From an uncultured Acidobacteriota bacterium (GTDB taxonomy: Bacteria > Acidobacteriota > Polarisedimenticolia > J045), in contig CAVPCQ010000032.1 of assembly GCA_963702425.1 (NCBI GenBank), positions 96,001 to 160,000 of the forward strand: a DNA stretch of 64,000 nucleotides, in the 5' to 3' direction. The stretch's first letter is position 1; every line of letters begins with the position of its first letter. Shown here in pieces: positions 56,036 through 64,000 of the stretch. Position numbers and translations under genes: made by a program. A model generated the notes under the pieces. It searched no databases. It worked only from the letters and a program-made list of their open reading frames with translations, and was not told the DNA's origin.

Positions 56036-57071
56036 GCGGAGCGCGTTCGCGTCGCTGTTGCTGGCGCGGCTGAAGGAGTTCGTCCGCGAGCCGGAGGTCA
56101 TCTTCTGGGTCTTCGGCTTCCCGGTGCTGCTGGCGCTCGCGCTGGGGATCGCGTTCCGCAACAAGCCGCCCGACCACGTCGCGGTCGGCGTCGTCGAGTC
56201 CGACGGGGCTGCGCGGGTGGTCGAGGCGCTGGCCGCGGCGAAGGAGTTCGACGTCGTGCGCCTCGCGCCCGACGAGGCCGCGCAGCGTCTGCGCATGGGA
56301 AAGGTCGCGCTGGTCGTCGTGCCCGGCGCGACGCTCGAGTACCGCTTCGACCCGACCCGCCCCGACTCGAGCCTCGCCCGGCGGATGGTGGACGACGCGC
56401 TGCAGCGCGCGTCCGGCCGGACCGACCCGGTCACGGTCACCGAGGTCCTGGTGGCCGAGCCGGGGGCGCGCTACATCGACTTCCTGATCCCCGGCCTGCT
56501 GGGGATGAACATCATGAGCGGCGGAATGTGGGGCGTCGGCTTCGCGCTGGTCGACATGCGCACCAAGAAGCTGCTCAAGCGGCTGGTCGCGACGCCGATG
56601 AAACGGCGCGACTTCCTGGGGGCGATGATGGGCAGCCGCGGGCTGTTCGTCGTGCTCGAGATGGTGCTGATGCTGGCGCTGGGCTGGCTGGTGTTCGGGA
56701 TGGTCGTGCGGGGGTCGCTGCTCGGCATCACGCTGCTGGCGGTGCTCGGCGCGTTCTGCTTCGCGTCGCTGGGGCTGCTCGTCGCCAGCCGGGCGAAGAA
56801 GATCGAGACCGTCACCGGCCTGATCAACCTGGTGATGCTGCCGATGTTCGTGTTCTCCGGGATCTTCTTCTCGTCCGAGCGCTTTCCGGCGGCGATCCAG
56901 CCGCTCATCAAAGCGCTGCCGCTGACGGCGCTCAACGACGCGCTGCGGGCCTCGATCCTGGAGGGGGCCGCGCTGGTCGATCCCGCGCAACTGGCCCGGG
57001 TCGGGATCCTGCTTGCCTGGGGCGGGATCTCCTTCGTCTTGGCGCTGCGCTGGTTCCGCTGGTCGTCGTAG
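56028..57071 (+). CDS. ABC-2 exporter permease
   Basis: YIDFLIPGLLG, LKRLVATP, FSGIFF, LPLT; multiple TM helices. Confidence 0.93.
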   Translation: MARRSAFASLLLARLKEFVREPEVIFWVFGFPVLLALALGIAFRNKPPDHVAVGVVESDGAARVVEALAAAKEFDVVRLAPDEAAQRLRMGKVALVVVPGATLEYRFDPTRPDSSLARRMVDDALQRASGRTDPVTVTEVLVAEPGARYIDFLIPGLLGMNIMSGGMWGVGFALVDMRTKKLLKRLVATPMKRRDFLGAMMGSRGLFVVLEMVLMLALGWLVFGMVVRGSLLGITLLAVLGAFCFASLGLLVASRAKKIETVTGLINLVMLPMFVFSGIFFSSERFPAAIQPLIKALPLTALNDALRASILEGAALVDPAQLARVGILLAWGGISFVLALRWFRWSS

Positions 57072-57093
57072 GAGCCGCCCTCCGTGGCGGCCC
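57068..57093 (+). repeat. GTAG-type REP overlapping the permease stop codon
   Basis: GTAGGAGCCGCCCTCCGTGGCGGCCC, one mismatch to the copy at 43614-43639. Confidence 0.7.
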
Positions 57094-57117
57094 GAATGCC
57101 GGACGGGCTCGGCGGCC

Positions 57118-59298
57118 TCAGCAGCCGACGGTGCGGTACGTCGCTACGAGCTCGAGGGACACGCCGGGCGGTGCGGGACCGGAGAGGAGCAGGAACGTCT
57201 GGCCGACGTTCTCGTCCTCGGTGGCCTCGAGCAGGAGATCGGCCCGGCCGTCTCCGTCCAGGTCGCCGACCCAGGAAACGCTCCACGGCTCCGGGTCTCC
57301 GGAGAACCCGGTCTCGGCGGTGAAGAGCGTCTGCGTTCGCCCGGCGGAGTGGAGTTCGAGCCGGAACCCGGACTCCCCGGCCCGAACCCGCCGGATTTCG
57401 AGGTCCTCCCTCCCGTACCGGAGCGACGCGACGCCACCGCGAACCGGCGAGGCTGTCCCTTCCGTCAGCGCACGCGCTCTCAGTCCCGGCACGTTGCGCA
57501 GGAAGACCAGCGGTTCTTCGCAGTCGCGGGCCACAGCCTCCGCACCCGTCTCCTCGGACTCCGTGTCGAGAACCGCGTCGTTCACGAGCCGTACGGAGAC
57601 AGGCACCTGCTTCAGCTCCCGCTTCTCTTTCGGACCGCAGATCGCCCACCACGCGCCGTCGGCGTTCAACGGGACTTCATCTCCGTGATGCGGGCCCGGC
57701 CGCAGGATCTGCGGCGGCTCGCCTTCCAGCTTCGCTTCGCGCCAGCGGCGCCAGGTCGCGGCGTCGAGGCCGTAGTCGCGCCCGGTGAGCTCCTTCAGCG
57801 CCGCGGCGGCGGATTGCCGCTGCGCGGGCGGGCCGCCCTCCAGGCCCGCGATCAGCATCGGAACGAGAACACGCGGCGTGGGGCCGCACAGCAGGAGGGT
57901 CCTCTTGGCCGCCTCGCGGACCTCGGGCTGTTCGTCCCCCATCCCTGCGAGGAGGAACGGGACGCGGTCGCCGGGGACGGGAATCCTGTAGTCGAGCAGG
58001 ACCGTGAAGCTGCTCCGGCGGGCGGCGGGATCCGACAGCGCATCGAGCAGGGCGGTCCGGATCAACGGGTCCTTGTCCCGGTCGTAGAGGCGGCCGACGG
58101 CCCCCGCGTCCCGCGCGTTCCCGCTGGCGAGCAGGGAGCGGATGCGCTGCGTCCTCGCGGATGCGTCCAGCGACCGGAACTCCGCGAGCGCTCCTTCGTT
58201 CGCGCGCGGGGAGGTCGACACGACGCGCTCGGAGAACGGTCGCGGGTCGACGGGCACGGGCTCGCCGTACTGCACGAGCCCCGCCGCTGCGAGGTCCCGG
58301 ATCCACTCGTCGGGGTCGGCCATCGCCGCGAGGAAGACGGGGACCGCCCGTTCCCTGGGCAGCGGCCCGTAGAACAGGAAAGTGACGGTCCGGGCGCGAT
58401 CCTGGTCCGACTTGTCGGGCCGGTACTGGAAGCGGGGGTCGCCGTAATAGCTCGCCTCGGGGTCGAGGGTCCTCACGATGCTGCCAAGCCGCCGGAGCAG
58501 CGCTTCGTGGGACCGATCGATGGAGCCGTAGCTGTAGTAGCGGAGCCAGTTGGCGAGCGGAGCGGCGGCGGGCCGCGCGGCGGCGCCATACGGAAGGAGC
58601 TGCTCGCCGATCGCGACCACTCGCGCCGGCTGCGGGTAGGCGGAGCCTCGGGCCTCGAGCTCGGCCATCAGCCCGCGGACCGCGGCGGGGAGGTCGGCGG
58701 CTGGGGACGGTGGCGCCGGTCCGGCGGCGGGCGCGGCCGGGGACGGCGTGATCGGGGTTCCAGGCGGCGGCGTGATCGGCATTCCCGGCTGCTCGAGATC
58801 CGCCGCGCTGCGCGCGAACCAGCTCTGGTCTTCGAAGAGATTGGAGCGAATCCGCATCCACTCGTTGGCCAGGGAGGCCGGTGGCGCTCCGGGAGGCAGG
58901 TTCTTCGCCCCGGCCGCGAGCCGCCGGAGCTCGAGGGCCTCGAGCGCGAGAAAGCGGGAGTCGGAGAAGGACTTAACGCGGCCGGCCAGCACGTCGAGCT
59001 GCGTGGAGAGCGCATTGCGGCGCGCGGCGTCGACGGGGCCCTCCTCGAAGACGAGGCGGTCGATCTCGACGATCGCCTCCCGGAACTCGTCCGCGCTCAG
59101 TGTCACCGGCGTCGGTGCGAATGCACTGAAGTCGGCGTCTCCCTGGCAACTCGCGAGGACGAGGACCGACAGCGCCGAGAGGAGCAGGAAGCCGATGGCG
59201 GCGAGGTGCCCCGGTCCGCTGCTGCGCCGGCCCACGGGCCCGTGCCGCCTCCGGGCGCGCGGTCGATCGAGGGGAACGAGTCGCTGGCTGCGGTTCAC
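57118..59298 (-). CDS. Putative lipoprotein with HEAT repeats and C-terminal FG-GAP-like motif
   Basis: LASC lipobox; DPDEWIRDLAA, DKDPLIRTA, DEQPEVREAA; GDLDGDGRADLLL; start uncertain. Confidence 0.7.
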   Translation of the reverse strand: MNRSQRLVPLDRPRARRRHGPVGRRSSGPGHLAAIGFLLLSALSVLVLASCQGDADFSAFAPTPVTLSADEFREAIVEIDRLVFEEGPVDAARRNALSTQLDVLAGRVKSFSDSRFLALEALELRRLAAGAKNLPPGAPPASLANEWMRIRSNLFEDQSWFARSAADLEQPGMPITPPPGTPITPSPAAPAAGPAPPSPAADLPAAVRGLMAELEARGSAYPQPARVVAIGEQLLPYGAAARPAAAPLANWLRYYSYGSIDRSHEALLRRLGSIVRTLDPEASYYGDPRFQYRPDKSDQDRARTVTFLFYGPLPRERAVPVFLAAMADPDEWIRDLAAAGLVQYGEPVPVDPRPFSERVVSTSPRANEGALAEFRSLDASARTQRIRSLLASGNARDAGAVGRLYDRDKDPLIRTALLDALSDPAARRSSFTVLLDYRIPVPGDRVPFLLAGMGDEQPEVREAAKRTLLLCGPTPRVLVPMLIAGLEGGPPAQRQSAAAALKELTGRDYGLDAATWRRWREAKLEGEPPQILRPGPHHGDEVPLNADGAWWAICGPKEKRELKQVPVSVRLVNDAVLDTESEETGAEAVARDCEEPLVFLRNVPGLRARALTEGTASPVRGGVASLRYGREDLEIRRVRAGESGFRLELHSAGRTQTLFTAETGFSGDPEPWSVSWVGDLDGDGRADLLLEATEDENVGQTFLLLSGPAPPGVSLELVATYRTVGC

Positions 59299-59430
59299 GA
59301 TGGTGCGAGGGTAGCACCGAGGGGGTCCGGCCCGGCGCCCGACGTCCGATCCACCGCGGGAGCACCCACGCCGGCTAACCACGCCGCGTCCCGCCATGGC
59401 GCCCCCGCTCGGGGGGCTATCCTCCAGCGC

Positions 59431-59889
59431 ATGGGGAAGGTGAGCGCCATCCTCGTTCCGCTGGCGGTCGCCCTGGTGGGTGCCATCGCCTGCGCCGCCG
59501 GCGCCTGGTTCTGGACGCTCGGGCGGGAGTTCCGGTCGCGCGGTGTCACAGCGCACGCCCTGGTGCTCGAGAAGTACCGCAAGAGCGACGAGCTCCCGCT
59601 CGAGAACTTCTACGCTCGCGTCTCGTTCACCGACGCGAATCAGCGTCCGCACGAGGTCGACGTCAAGCTCCACTCCCGCGCCTGGCGCAGCGTGCACGAG
59701 GGGGAGACGACGCTGATCACCTACCTTGCGGACGATCCGGAGAAGGTGCTCGGCGGGCCGCGGGTCGGCCGGCAGATCGTCGGCGCGCTCCTGTTCTTCT
59801 TCGTGGCCGTTTCTGCGGGGCTCACGCTCTTCGCTCTCATCGAGTTGTTCAAGGCGCTCTTCGTCCGGACGGCCGCGCCGGGCGGCTGA
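59431..59889 (+). CDS. DUF3592-like membrane protein
   Basis: Two TM helices around RGVTAHALV...VSFTD...ITYLADDPE. Confidence 0.72.
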   Translation: MGKVSAILVPLAVALVGAIACAAGAWFWTLGREFRSRGVTAHALVLEKYRKSDELPLENFYARVSFTDANQRPHEVDVKLHSRAWRSVHEGETTLITYLADDPEKVLGGPRVGRQIVGALLFFFVAVSAGLTLFALIELFKALFVRTAAPGG

Positions 59890-59905
59890 GTCCGGGTCAC
59901 CCGCG

Positions 59906-60583
59906 ATGCAGACGCGAGACGGAGGGGCCGTGGACCGCACGATGGTGCTCACGATCGCCGGGTTCCTGGCCGTGGCAATCGCCGTCCTCGTCATCGCGCG
60001 GATCCAGGGCAGGCGCGAGACCGCGGCGCGGGATCGGTTCATCGCGAGCCACGGGTGGGAGGAGTTGCGCGAACCGCCGGCCGACCTGCTTGCCGCGCTC
60101 GAGCTTCTCGCCCCGGTCCGGTACCAGGTGACGACGAAGGTCGTGTCGATGGAGCAGAGTCCGCGCCGGGCCTACTTCTTCGGCTATGACGTGCAGACGA
60201 GCGCCCGCGACCGTGGCACGACCGGCTACGCGTGCCTCGTCGAACACTTCGGTCCACGGCCGGACACGCCGGTGGAGATCAGCCGCCGCGTGCCGCTGAT
60301 CGAGAAGCTGACGTCGGACAGGCTCGACGTCGGCTCGCCCGGGTTCCGCGAGGGCTGGCTCGTCCTGGGCGAGCAGCCGGGCGCCGCCGCGCAACTGGTC
60401 AACGCCGACGTACAGCGCCTGATGGTCGCCCACGACGCCGGGCCCGCGTGGAAGCTGGACGTCGACTTCGTCGGTCCGTGGGTCCTCGTCGGCAGCCACT
60501 GGGCGGCAGGGCCGGAGGAGTGGGAGTACCTCGTGAAGCTGAGCCGCGGGCTAGCGGACGCCGTGGGGCCGGAGCTTCGCTAG
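59906..60583 (+). CDS. Hypothetical membrane-anchored protein
   Basis: N-terminal TM, normal composition, follows the DUF3592-like gene. Confidence 0.65.
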   Translation: MQTRDGGAVDRTMVLTIAGFLAVAIAVLVIARIQGRRETAARDRFIASHGWEELREPPADLLAALELLAPVRYQVTTKVVSMEQSPRRAYFFGYDVQTSARDRGTTGYACLVEHFGPRPDTPVEISRRVPLIEKLTSDRLDVGSPGFREGWLVLGEQPGAAAQLVNADVQRLMVAHDAGPAWKLDVDFVGPWVLVGSHWAAGPEEWEYLVKLSRGLADAVGPELR

Positions 60584-60654
60584 AGCTACCCCGCAGACGT
60601 CCGGCCGATGCGGCCGGCACCCGGCCGCCTTGGGCGCGTCGCCTCGGCCATCGC

Positions 60655-63600
60655 TCACGGGCAGGCGCGGCCGGAGCCCTCGATCTCGTCGTCGCGTGTC
60701 TCCTGCAGGCCGGGGCCGGTGTCGTCATAGGTCCCGCCCTGCCCGCAGCCGATCGTCCGGAACAGGTAGAAGAAGCCGTTGGCGGCCCCCGGCAGCCCGG
60801 AATCCCTGGCCTGGGTGTCAGCGCTGTCGTTCTCGAGGCAGGTCATGACCGACGCCGCGAAGTCGCCCCGCGACCTCCGCAGCTCGCCGAGGCTCCCCTT
60901 CACCACGTCATACGCCGTCGCTGCCGGTTGGCGGGGCCAGTAGAGCGTCTGCCGATCCGTGACGAGGACGAGACCTCGGGCCGGACCTGGCGCGGAGGCC
61001 CCGTCGTCCACGGTCCCGTCGCAGTCGTTGTCCTTCGCGTCGCAGAGCTCCGCGTGGCCGGGGTAGACCTCGGGATCGTGGTCGTTGCAGTCGCCGCCCC
61101 ACACCCCCATCGCGTCGGAGTCGCAGTCGACTTCGGTTCCGAAGAGCAGCACGCTGCCGGAGTCGGAACCCAGCGAGCCGTCGTCCTCGGGCGCGCCGAC
61201 CAGCAGCTCCGGATCTCCTTCGCTGGTGAGGTCGCCCGGCGCCGCGACGCTCGCGCCGGCGTGGTCCCCGCCGGCGGCCTCCGGGTCGACGAGCTGGCCG
61301 ACGAACAGCCCATCGTCGCCGGCGAACACGACGGCGCGGCCCGACTCGATCGGACCCGAGGGCGAGGCGAGCGGGGCCCCCGCGAGCAGGTCCGGGACCC
61401 CGTCCCCGCTCACGTCGGGGGTGATCGCGACGGCGCTGCCGAGCTGCTCGCCGCCGTGCGCATCCGTCGCGCGGTACTCGATCGCGCCGGTCGACTCGGT
61501 GAAGACGACGACCGTCCCGGCGCGGTTGAGCAGCGAGACCGTCGCCAGCGGGGCGCCCGCGGCGGCTTCGAGGACGCCGTCGTCGTCCAGGTCGCCCGCG
61601 GCGACCGCGAAGCCGAGGTCCCCGGTGGTCTGCTTGTCCTTCAAGGTCCTCCGGAGGGCGCCGTCGCCGCCGCGCAGCACGCGGACGGAGTCTGCGCCCG
61701 GCTCGCCGACGAGCGCATCGCCGCCGGCCGCCGCCACGGCGTAGCCGAGGCGGCCGTCCTGGAGGTTGCCGGCCTGCCGCCAGACCCGGCGACAGCCGGT
61801 CTTCCCCTCGACGGAGAAGACGTAGGCCGCCCCCGCGTTGGCCGCGGACCCGGCGTCGGCGTACGGCGCGCCGACCAGCAGGTTCGGCGAGCCGTCGCCA
61901 TCGACGTCGGGGAAGGATGCGAGGCCGGTCCCCGCGCCGAGCTGGTCGCCGGAGGCTTCGCCGAGCGCGCACTGGACGAACAGCGAGCAGTCGCTGGAGG
62001 AGAAGATGACGATCGCGCCGGCGTCGGGGCGCGGGACGGGGAAGCCCGGTACTTTGTGCCGCGGTGCCGAGACCGCCAGGTCGTCGATGCCATCGCCGTC
62101 GACGTCGTCGATCCGCGCAACAGCGGTTCCGAGTTGATCGCCCGCGGCGCCCCAGTGGGCACGGCACAGGACCTGGCCGCCAGCGCCCGAGACCACCGTC
62201 ACGCTTCCGCTGTCGGTGCCGTCGGGATCGTCGAACGGGCTGCCGATCGCGTGGTCCGGGACACCGTCGCCATCGACGTCGCCGAGCGTCGCGATGGCGG
62301 ACCCGAAGTGGTCGCTGCCGGGGTTCCCGGCCGCCGTCCGCTTCACGGCGAAGTCGGCGCGCGGCATCCCCTCGTCGACGGTCCCGTCGCAGTCGTTGTC
62401 CTTTCCATCGCAGAGTTCGACGCAGACGGGGCAGCACGCGCGGTCGCCGTCGTCGCAGTCGTCGTCGTTCGTGACGTACCCGGCAGGGACCGGGGCGTGG
62501 CAGGTGGTCAGCGACTCGTCAGGATTGCCGTAGCCGTCCTGGTCCGCATCGCGGTAGTAGGTGTAGGTAGGGAGTCCCTCATCCACCAGGTCGTCGCAGT
62601 CGTTGTCTTTGTCGTCACAGACTTCCGGGTTGCCGGGGAATCGCTCCGGGTCCTGGTCGTCGCAGTCGTCGTCGTTCGCGACCGTCCCGGCCGGGGCCGT
62701 GGTGCGACACGAGATCAGCCAGATGGCCGGATTGCCGTAGCCGTCCTGGTCCGCATCGCGGTAATAGGTGAACGTGGGGAGTCCCTCGTCCACCAGGTCG
62801 TCGCAGTCGTTGTCCTTGTCGTCACAGACTTCCGGGTTGCCGGGGAAGCGCTCCGGGTCCTGGTCGTCGCAGTCCACCCGGACGCTGTAGCCGTCTCCAT
62901 CGGAGTCGGCCACCAGTGTCGTGAAGTCTTCCTGCTGCCCGCCGTTCCAGGGGTCCGTGATCCAGCGGCCGCGCTGCAGGAACGGAGATTTCGCCGGGCT
63001 CCAACGGTTGCGGAACCGCCAGTGGTAGCCCGTTGCGGGAAGCAGTCCGTCATACTCGAACTGGACCCAGTAGTTGATCGTGGGGTAGACCTCGCTGAGT
63101 CGCGTGTCCAGTCCGTCGAAGGACACGCCGAGCGGCTTGACCTCGAACTCCAGCTGGAAGGACGTGCGCCCAAGCGGACAGCGACCGACCGAGAACAGCT
63201 CGACGCGGTCCTCGGCGTGCGACATCCCGAGCGGCGCGATCAGCCGGTCGGCATCGGGCTGCCGCTGGCGGTGCGACACGTAGAGTCCGCGACCGCCATT
63301 GCCGTAATAGACGAAGGCTACCCCCTGGTCGGTCGAGCCCGCGTCGTACTCGGCGGCACCGAGCACGAGATCGGAGTAGCCGTCCTCGTTGATGTCGCCG
63401 GACCCGATCGCGCGGCCCAGGTGCATCCCCGCCTGGTTGCCGTCCACGAACCAGTCCGAGGTCGTCGACGGCCCGGACGGCGATCCGAGGAAGCCGACGA
63501 CCGACCCGCCGCCGGCAGCTCCCTTGCTGATGTCGGGGATCCCGACCGCGAAGTCGGAGAAGCCGTCGCCATTGACGTCGCCGGCGCCTGCCACGGCCGC

Positions 63601-64000
63601 GCCGACGTGCACCGCGGCCGACTTGCCGGAGTAGAGCCAGTCATGGGTCGTCGAGGGGCCGCCGGCGGAGCCGAGGAACAGGTAGGCGACGCCGGTGTCG
63701 GGGTTCACCCCGTCCCGGTACGGCGCGCCGACCAGGATGTCGGCGTACCCGTCCCCGTTCACGTCGCCGGCGCTCGCCACCGAGCGGCCGAGCTCGCACG
63801 CGCTCTGGCTGCACTCCGTGCTCCAGACCGGTGAGGCGGCAAGCCCCGTCGCCGCGCCGAGGTAGACGTACGCCGCCCCCGCGTCGGTGCCGTAGGTGGC
63901 GCTGTTGAATTTCGCGGCGCCGACCACGAGGTCCGAGAAGCCGTCGCGATTGACGTCGCCGGCCCCGGCCACGGAGGTGCCGAAGTTCGCATTGGGTTGA
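60655..64000 (-). CDS. Large FG-GAP/integrin-alpha repeat protein with Cys/Asp-rich putative metal-binding repeats (5' end outside window)
   Basis: Many AGDVNGDG..D..VGAP repeats; DCDD....PGNPEVCD.KDNDCD..VDEG repeats; C-terminal domain ending RD...CP. Confidence 0.9.
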   Translation of the reverse strand, partial: QPNANFGTSVAGAGDVNRDGFSDLVVGAAKFNSATYGTDAGAAYVYLGAATGLAASPVWSTECSQSACELGRSVASAGDVNGDGYADILVGAPYRDGVNPDTGVAYLFLGSAGGPSTTHDWLYSGKSAAVHVGAAVAGAGDVNGDGFSDFAVGIPDISKGAAGGGSVVGFLGSPSGPSTTSDWFVDGNQAGMHLGRAIGSGDINEDGYSDLVLGAAEYDAGSTDQGVAFVYYGNGGRGLYVSHRQRQPDADRLIAPLGMSHAEDRVELFSVGRCPLGRTSFQLEFEVKPLGVSFDGLDTRLSEVYPTINYWVQFEYDGLLPATGYHWRFRNRWSPAKSPFLQRGRWITDPWNGGQQEDFTTLVADSDGDGYSVRVDCDDQDPERFPGNPEVCDDKDNDCDDLVDEGLPTFTYYRDADQDGYGNPAIWLISCRTTAPAGTVANDDDCDDQDPERFPGNPEVCDDKDNDCDDLVDEGLPTYTYYRDADQDGYGNPDESLTTCHAPVPAGYVTNDDDCDDGDRACCPVCVELCDGKDNDCDGTVDEGMPRADFAVKRTAAGNPGSDHFGSAIATLGDVDGDGVPDHAIGSPFDDPDGTDSGSVTVVSGAGGQVLCRAHWGAAGDQLGTAVARIDDVDGDGIDDLAVSAPRHKVPGFPVPRPDAGAIVIFSSSDCSLFVQCALGEASGDQLGAGTGLASFPDVDGDGSPNLLVGAPYADAGSAANAGAAYVFSVEGKTGCRRVWRQAGNLQDGRLGYAVAAAGGDALVGEPGADSVRVLRGGDGALRRTLKDKQTTGDLGFAVAAGDLDDDGVLEAAAGAPLATVSLLNRAGTVVVFTESTGAIEYRATDAHGGEQLGSAVAITPDVSGDGVPDLLAGAPLASPSGPIESGRAVVFAGDDGLFVGQLVDPEAAGGDHAGASVAAPGDLTSEGDPELLVGAPEDDGSLGSDSGSVLLFGTEVDCDSDAMGVWGGDCNDHDPEVYPGHAELCDAKDNDCDGTVDDGASAPGPARGLVLVTDRQTLYWPRQPAATAYDVVKGSLGELRRSRGDFAASVMTCLENDSADTQARDSGLPGAANGFFYLFRTIGCGQGGTYDDTGPGLQETRDDEIEGSGRACP
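62524..62874 (-). repeat. Intragenic near-identical repeat, 207-nt period
   Basis: DCDDQDPERFPGNPEVCDDKDNDCDDLVDEGLPT(F/Y)TYYRDADQDGYGNP occurs twice. Confidence 0.85.

Noticed and set aside
54857-56440. N-terminal extension giving a 1450-aa kinase
   Set aside because: It is antisense to the ABC genes; the kinase domain begins near 54830.
55058-57071. ABC exporter as the RiPP transporter
   Set aside because: It is over 40 kb away and a generic ABC-2 type, with no evidence of linkage.

Overview
64 kb of very GC-rich bacterial DNA; the gene content resembles an Acidobacteriota-type genome (inference only). From left to right the window holds: (1) a cluster of three TIR/DUF4062-like proteins and a trypsin-like protease among IS and recombinase relics; (2) the highlight, a 4-gene operon (8204-13408) with an APH-type kinase, a HopA1-type lyase and a Zn-type LanC cyclase but no free precursor gene. 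The apparent core peptide, 13 tandem [S/T]-x4-C units, is fused to the C-terminus of a subtilisin, and the LanC carries a C-terminal domain resembling that subtilisin's own prodomain; (3) outer-membrane genes and a Fur/MauG-like peroxidase/metallophosphoesterase/cytochrome c operon; (4) phhA-hppD-hmgA plus an acyl-CoA synthetase with altered catalytic motifs; (5) a two-cassette integron-like array with no integrase in the window, whose first attC is interrupted by both an IS110/IS1111 and an ISAzo13; (6) a ~6.55 kb near-identical tandem duplication whose junction preserves the cassette-free 'empty site'; (7) secreted proteins sharing a C-terminal domain, two Ser/Thr kinase-TPR paralogs, an ABC-2 exporter and an FG-GAP repeat protein running off the end. 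All calls come from reading motifs by eye; no database searches were run.
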